A stretch of DNA of 64,000 bases, taken from positions 212,226,001-212,290,000 of the forward strand of contig NC_091288.1 of NCBI RefSeq assembly GCF_032444005.1. Reading direction: 5' to 3'. Below are positions 58,320 to 64,000 of the stretch, piece after piece. Each line of letters starts with the position of its first letter. Positions within the stretch are counted from its first letter, which is position 1. Source of the stretch: Ranitomeya imitator. Lineage: Eukaryota. The notes beneath the pieces were generated by a model. It had not been told where the DNA came from, did no database searches, and saw only the letters and a list, made by a program, of their open reading frames with translations. Position numbers and translations under genes: made by a program.

Positions 58320-61300
58320 CTACAATGAGAAACAAGAACAGATTATAATTATTCACATTCAAGATACAAACATACTTGCGCCTTGGTCCTCCTCACCTCT
58401 ACAGGCCACCACACTGGGCCTAGGTGCCAGCTGACATCGGGACCTTATCAGCGGTGTCTGGTGATGAATAGGACATGGGAACAAACAGTGGTAAGTAGAT
58501 GAAGGGGTTTGGGCTTGTGGACCCTTAAACAGCTTTCTCACTACTCTCCCATACACAGGAGAACTTTGAAATGCACTCCCGTGTTCTCTATGAGAGAGCC
58601 GCTGCCAGACACCTCCTAAAGAAGAAAAGGATCGGAAGTCCAAAATCGGACATACCGGATTCTTATCTCCCTCGAAAGACGATGAGTTGCAGCCTCCATA
58701 CATATTAGACTATTGGTTGAACCCATCGATATCGGTGGGTTTGGCAAACTGTAGTCTAATGTGTATATGGAACCCTTAGTCTGGGATCTAAAATTTTAAG
58801 GTGACGTCTGTAAATAAAAAGGTGTGGTCTGAAAACTAAATTTATTCTGGTCTAGGGTGCAAAAGTTTGGCTCTGGTGGTCTGTAGTCTAATTGCTTTTT
58901 TGCCTGGCCTGGAGTCTGAACTTCTTTTTAGGCAGACTTTATTAATTTTAACTAATTATAGGGTCAGGTCTGGGGCTAAATTGATTAAGGTTTAGTCTGG
59001 TCTATATTTATACCGTGGTCTAGGTCTAAATTCAGGGGTCTGAATCTTTTTAAAAACCCCAGATTGCGGCACTGCATATAACGTCTCTGGTTATATTGAT
59101 AAATGGTCACTAGATGGTGGGACGTATACCCTGGTTTTGGGTTATGTAAGTCACTGATCTCGCAGTTGACACCACACAGGACATTAGACTGGACCCAAAA
59201 CCCTCCCAATGGCTGCGATCCATGTTCTGCATTGGATGATCTTACATTTTGCTGGAGCCTTGGCGGTCATCTCTTCTGGGACCTTTGTGAAGAGTGGAGG
59301 CCTCTTGGTAATGTGCACATTGGGAGCTCTCTCCCATCCTGGAGGACTGTCATCCTTGGTCATATTCGCTCTTAAAGCTGATACTTGGATGACATTGTTG
59401 ATAGGGTCAGTCACAGCCTGGTCTTCATTCTCGTTAATTTTTGGATCGTGGTTTGGGACCATTGTTATGCTGAATGGAGCCTTTGTAGCATGCTGACCAG
59501 TCAACTCTTCCTCAGAATGACTAACCATCCTTGTCTCCTGTCCACGCTGAGCTGCCATCGGAGGCATCTTATTGATGGTGGTCATCAGCACCTGCTGCTC
59601 TTCCTGCAGCTTCTTCCTCTGATTATGTTTGGCCTGTAGCTTCACCATGCGTTGCTGATCCGTTTTAAAGTCAGAATTAGTCTGTGGTGGAAGCTCTTGC
59701 TTGGTTTCCGGGGTTCGATTTATTTCTTGTGGTGCCATCAAAGCACTTGGTGGCAAGATCTCATTTTGCTGCATATTCTGCAACTGTTTCTCCAGATCAG
59801 CAATTTTGCCTCCTTGTCTTTCCATAGACTCACGGAACATCTCCATCCCATTCTGTAACGCGCTCTTGTCCTTCACCAGCTGGTAGATGATCCTTTTCTG
59901 GCTGCTGAGAGCTGTTGTCAGGTTGGCAACAGCCACATCTCTAGCTTTGTTCTCCTTAGTCATCTGTTTGTTCCTCTCTGCCATGGCTTCCTCTAGGGCG
60001 GAGATCTTGAGGTCCAACTTTTTGGTTTTCTTCTGGATCTTCTTCAGCCAGAATTTGATGCCGTTAAGCTCATTCTGAGTCTCTTCATTGGTATCGTTGA
60101 AGGTTTTGGACAACAATTGCTGCTGGTCATAAGTGGCGTGGAAGCGTGCATCAATATTGTAGGAGATGTTGTAGTTTTCAGCGATTCCTTGTAGACGGGT
60201 CAAGGTTACTTCTTGAAAGCGACGAAACTGCAAAGAAAAAGAAACGTGAAGTCATCAGCTTATAATAGTACAAGAGCTCATAATAGTACTGCCGCTTTTA
60301 AAGAGAAGAATACAGGATCAGTAATGTATGTACACAGTGACTGCACCAGCAGAATAGTGAGTGCAGCTCTGGAGTATAATACAGGATGTAACTCAGGATC
60401 AGTAATGTAATGTATGTACACAGTGACTGCACCAGCAGAATAGTGAGTACAGCTCTGGAGTATAATACAGGATGTAACTCAGGATCAGTAATGTAATGTA
60501 TGTACACAGTGACTGCACCAGCAGAATAGTGAGTACAGCTCTGGAGTATAATACAGGAGACAGGAGGTAACTCCGGATCAGTAATATAATGTATGTACAC
60601 AGTGACTGCACCAGCAGAATAGTGAGTGCAGCTTTGGAGTATAATACAGGATGTAACTCCGGATCAGTAATGTAATGTATGTACACAGTGACTGCACCAG
60701 CAGAATAGTGAGTGCAGCTCTGGAGTATAATACAGGATGTAACTCAGGATCAGTAATGTAATGTATGTACACAGTGACTGCACCAGCAGAATAGTGAGTG
60801 CCGCTCTGGGGTATAATACAGGAGGTAACTCAGGATCAGTAATGTAATGTATGTACACAGTGACTGCACCAGCAGAATAGTGAGTGCAGCTCTGGAGTAT
60901 AATACAGGATGTAACTCCGGATCAGTAATGTAATGTATGTACACAGTGACTGCACCAGCAGAATAGTGAGTGCAGCTCTGGGGTATAATACAGGAGGTAA
61001 CTCAGGATCAGTAATGTAATGTATGTACACAGTGACTGCACCAGCAGAATAGTGAGTGCAGCTCTGGGGTATAATACAGGAGGTAACTCCGGATCAGTAA
61101 TGTAATGTATGTACACAGTGACTGCACCAGCAGAATAGTGAGTGCAGCTCTGGAGTATAATACAGGATGTAACTCCGGATCAGTAATGTAATGTATGTAC
61201 ACAGTGACTGCACCAGCAGAATAGTGAGTGCAGCTCTGGCATATAATACAGGATGTCGGAGTCATGAATGTTTATGTAGATTGTACATCCACCATTATAT

Positions 61301-62284
61301 ATATTCTAAAATCTGAAAATTCTCCATGTGTTGTAACCTCCCATCTTGGCGTTACTAAACCTGTGGATATATCTATAATACAGTTATAACTTGTGATCTG
61401 CGAATAGCCATCAATTCCTTTGCGCCTAATTCATGATTTGCATTTTTTAAGTCCCTTTTCATCTTGTGATATGCTTTGATATTTACTGCACCAAATTCTT
61501 CAAAATCGCGCACGCGTTTGATGTATTTTGTACAAAATAAAAATTGCTTTTAACTTTTTATCTATAAACTTATTTTTGTGACTTTCTCTAATAAAGTCAC
61601 GTTTTACCTAAAAATGTTGGAAAATTTATGCAAAAAAAAATCCAAACATGAATAAAATAATTCCAGGGATGGAGAGGACTGGAAAACATTGGGACCAAAC
61701 TTTTGTCAACTTTTTAAAAGTCACAATTGATAAATCATCTTAAAACATCTGCAAAACCGAAAAGTAGTTCACCATGACGAGCATAAATAAAAACAGGCGA
61801 ATACATAAAAAATACATTATAAAAGACACGCAAATGAAAAGAAGAGTAAGTCGCAAATGAAAAACAAGGCAGAAAACGCTAAAAAATAAACAAAAAAAGG
61901 GGCAAATGTAGCAGCAAACAGAGTCCATCGAGTCCACTGGAACAGTGCCCCCTATGGGAAATATTTCATAATGAGGGGAATATGTAAGGGAGGTTTAAGA
62001 AAGGGCGAATATGACCTTAGTAATACATATTGGGATAAACACCATCAGGTGTAGACCATAATATATACCGTAATCTTCGTGAGGAGCTGTAGAAGGACAC
62101 TGTGGACCTCAAATCATCACAAGACTCTTATCAGTCTCACCTGCTCCTCCAACCGGCGGAAACGTTCGAAGAAAGGCTTCCTCTGTTCCAGAAGACGGCT
62201 CTGTTCCATGAAGACGCTCGGAAGACACAGGACGGAGAAGACCACGAGAGACCGGCACATGGTTCCACCTGTCATCATCATCAT
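57679..62284 (-). CDS. PTX4: Pentraxin 4 (long pentraxin), 3 exons, about 588 aa
   Basis: Exon 1 [14 protein letters not shown], exon 2 [29 protein letters not shown], and exon 3 pentraxin domain ([10 protein letters not shown] signature, [11 protein letters not shown]) match PTX4. Phases are consistent; synteny with CLCN7. Confidence 0.93.
59246..60227 (-). CDS. PTX4: PTX4 exon 2 (coiled coil plus linker, 982 nt)
   Basis: tttctttgCAG acceptor; donor GTAAGA after ...APAK-T. Confidence 0.9.
60310..61255. repeat. Second array of the 86-bp satellite, in PTX4 intron 1
   Basis: About 11 copies, same unit and orientation as 36915-40890. Confidence 0.96.
62141..62284 (-). CDS. PTX4: PTX4 exon 1 (signal peptide; start ATG uncertain, 62284 or 62260)
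   Basis: [29 protein letters not shown]...LEEQ, donor GTGAGA. Confidence 0.85.
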
Positions 62285-62853
62285 CTCTGGAGAAGAAGCT
62301 GCTGCTTTGGGTTCAATATACAAGAAGCGCACAAAAGTCTAAACAATTACGGTCGTACAACGCAACGCCTCCTACGCCACGCTACTCATCATCATAACGT
62401 CCCTTTAATTTCCTATATTATATCCTTATTCACCCCTCACGTGCGTTTCGGGTGAATTGTCCCCTTGTGTTCTCCTCAAGTCTGACTCTTCGTCTGTCCG
62501 ATTCCTGTTTTCCCCCCCTCCTGAATCCACAAATAGATGAGTTTTGCAGGCACCAGGACTATTCCCAATGAGCCAATAATAGCCGCTAGAAGGGGCTCCA
62601 AAAAAAAAAGCGGTATTTATGGAAGACTAAGAAAGTGACTACAGGAGGTCAGACTTATTTATGTCTTTTACAGATACCAAGATCTCAGTTTCATCTCCGC
62701 CTAAATCATGACTGGATCCCCGAGACCCCGGAGTATAGATGGCGATATACAGTGTATGCAAAAGTAACTTCTATACGGACTGTCATCATACATCACTGAC
62801 AATAGCTAACTCTCCTGTTATGTCAATCATAGGGGCCAGTATTATAGTAGTTA

Positions 62854-64000
62854 CACCGTGTTCCAAATTATTGTGCAAATTGGATTTAAGTGTCATAAAG
62901 ATTTAATTGTTTTGTTTTTCAAATAAACTCATGGATGGTATTGTGTCTCAGGGCTCAATGGATCACTAAAATCAATCTTAAACACGTGATAATTAGTTTT
63001 CCAGGTGATTCTAATTAAAGGAAAACTACTTAAAAATGATGTTCCACATTATTAAGCAGGCCATAGTTTTCAAGCAATATGGGAAAGAAAAAGGAGCTCT
63101 CTGCTGCTGAAAAGCGTTAAATAGTACAATGCCTTGGTCAAGGGATGAAAACCTTAAGATATTTCACGAAAACTTAAGAGTGATCATCGTACTGTGAAGA
63201 GATTTGTGACTGAATCAGAGCACAGACGTGTTCGTGCAGATAAAGGCATAATGAGGAAGGTTTCTGACAGGCAAATTCATTGGATTAAGAGAGCAGCTGC
63301 CAAAATACCATTACAAAGCAGCAACCAGTTATTAGAAACTGCTGGTGCCTCTGGAGTCCCTCGAACCTCAAGGTGTATGATCCTTCAAAGGCTTGCTGTG
63401 GTGCATAAACCTACTATTCGGCCACCCCTAAACAGTGTTCACAAGCAGAAACGGTTGCATTGGGCCCAGACATACATGAAGACTAATTGTCAAACAGTCT
63501 TGTTTAGTGATGAGTGTCGAGCAACCCTGGATGGTCCAGATGGTTGGAGTAGTGGATGGTTGGTGGAGACCACCATGTCCCAACAAGGCTGCGACGTCAG
63601 CAAGGAGGTAGAGGAGTCATGTTTTGGACCAGAAACATGTGGAAACAGCTGGTGGGGCCCTTTAAGGTTCCTGAAGGTGTGAAAATGACCTCTGCAAGGT
63701 ATATAGAGTTTCTTACTCACAACTTTCTTCCATGGTCTAAAAAGCAGAAACGTGCCTTCAGGAGCAAAATCATCTTCATGCTGACAATGCCCCATCTCAT
63801 GCTGCAAAGAAACCTCTGAGTCATTGGCTGCTATGGGCATAAAAGGAGATAAACTCATGGGGCGGCCACCATCTTCCTGTGACCTCAACCCTATAGAAAA
63901 TCCCTGGAGGATCATCAGGCAAAAGATCTATGAGGGTGGGAGGCCGTTCACATCAAAACAGCTCTGGGAGGCAAAGAAATACAAGCAAAAACTCAAGAAT
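62854..64000 (+). mobile_element. Tc1/mariner element, left part, running off the window
   Basis: TA then caccgtgttccaaattattgtgc TIR start; transposase remnant follows. Confidence 0.9.
63079..64000 (+). pseudogene. Tc1-type DD34E transposase pseudogene
   Basis: MGKKKELSAAEKR* (premature stop), frameshift, then VLFSDECRATLDGPDGW, RRQQGGRGVMFW and (D)NAPSHAA across several frames. Confidence 0.9.

Noticed and set aside
62436-62495. Second hammerhead-like string on the minus strand (UUGAGGAG...CGAAACGCACGUG)
   Set aside because: Core C is replaced, the cleavage triplet would be GUG, and no stem I pairing; at most a dead relic.

Overview
Vertebrate genomic DNA, almost certainly frog, judged from the repeat families (inference). 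Three protein-coding genes are present in the same order and orientation as at human 16p13.3. PERCC1 (+) has its CDS at 1055..1861. CLCN7 (-) is complete: 25 exons traced by hand between 44700 and 11146, all with GT-AG boundaries, giving 793 aa. PTX4 (-) has 3 exons between 62284 and 57679, about 588 aa. CCDC154, which lies between PERCC1 and CLCN7 in human, is not visible. The CLCN7 introns are inflated mainly by about ten different local minisatellite arrays, which also generate nearly all the long ORFs in the supplied track (spurious). Mobile DNA includes a Helitron 3' end, nested piggyBac-type and hAT-type non-autonomous elements, Harbinger- and Kolobok-type MITEs, a young 5'-truncated CR1 LINE with an identical short sister copy, and a decayed Tc1. 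The most unusual observation is a 1.15-kb Penelope-like insert in CLCN7 intron 12 carrying a complete minimal type I hammerhead ribozyme motif on the CLCN7 sense strand. Several arrays also amplify CTCF-like motifs. All coordinates were counted by eye; no database searches were run.
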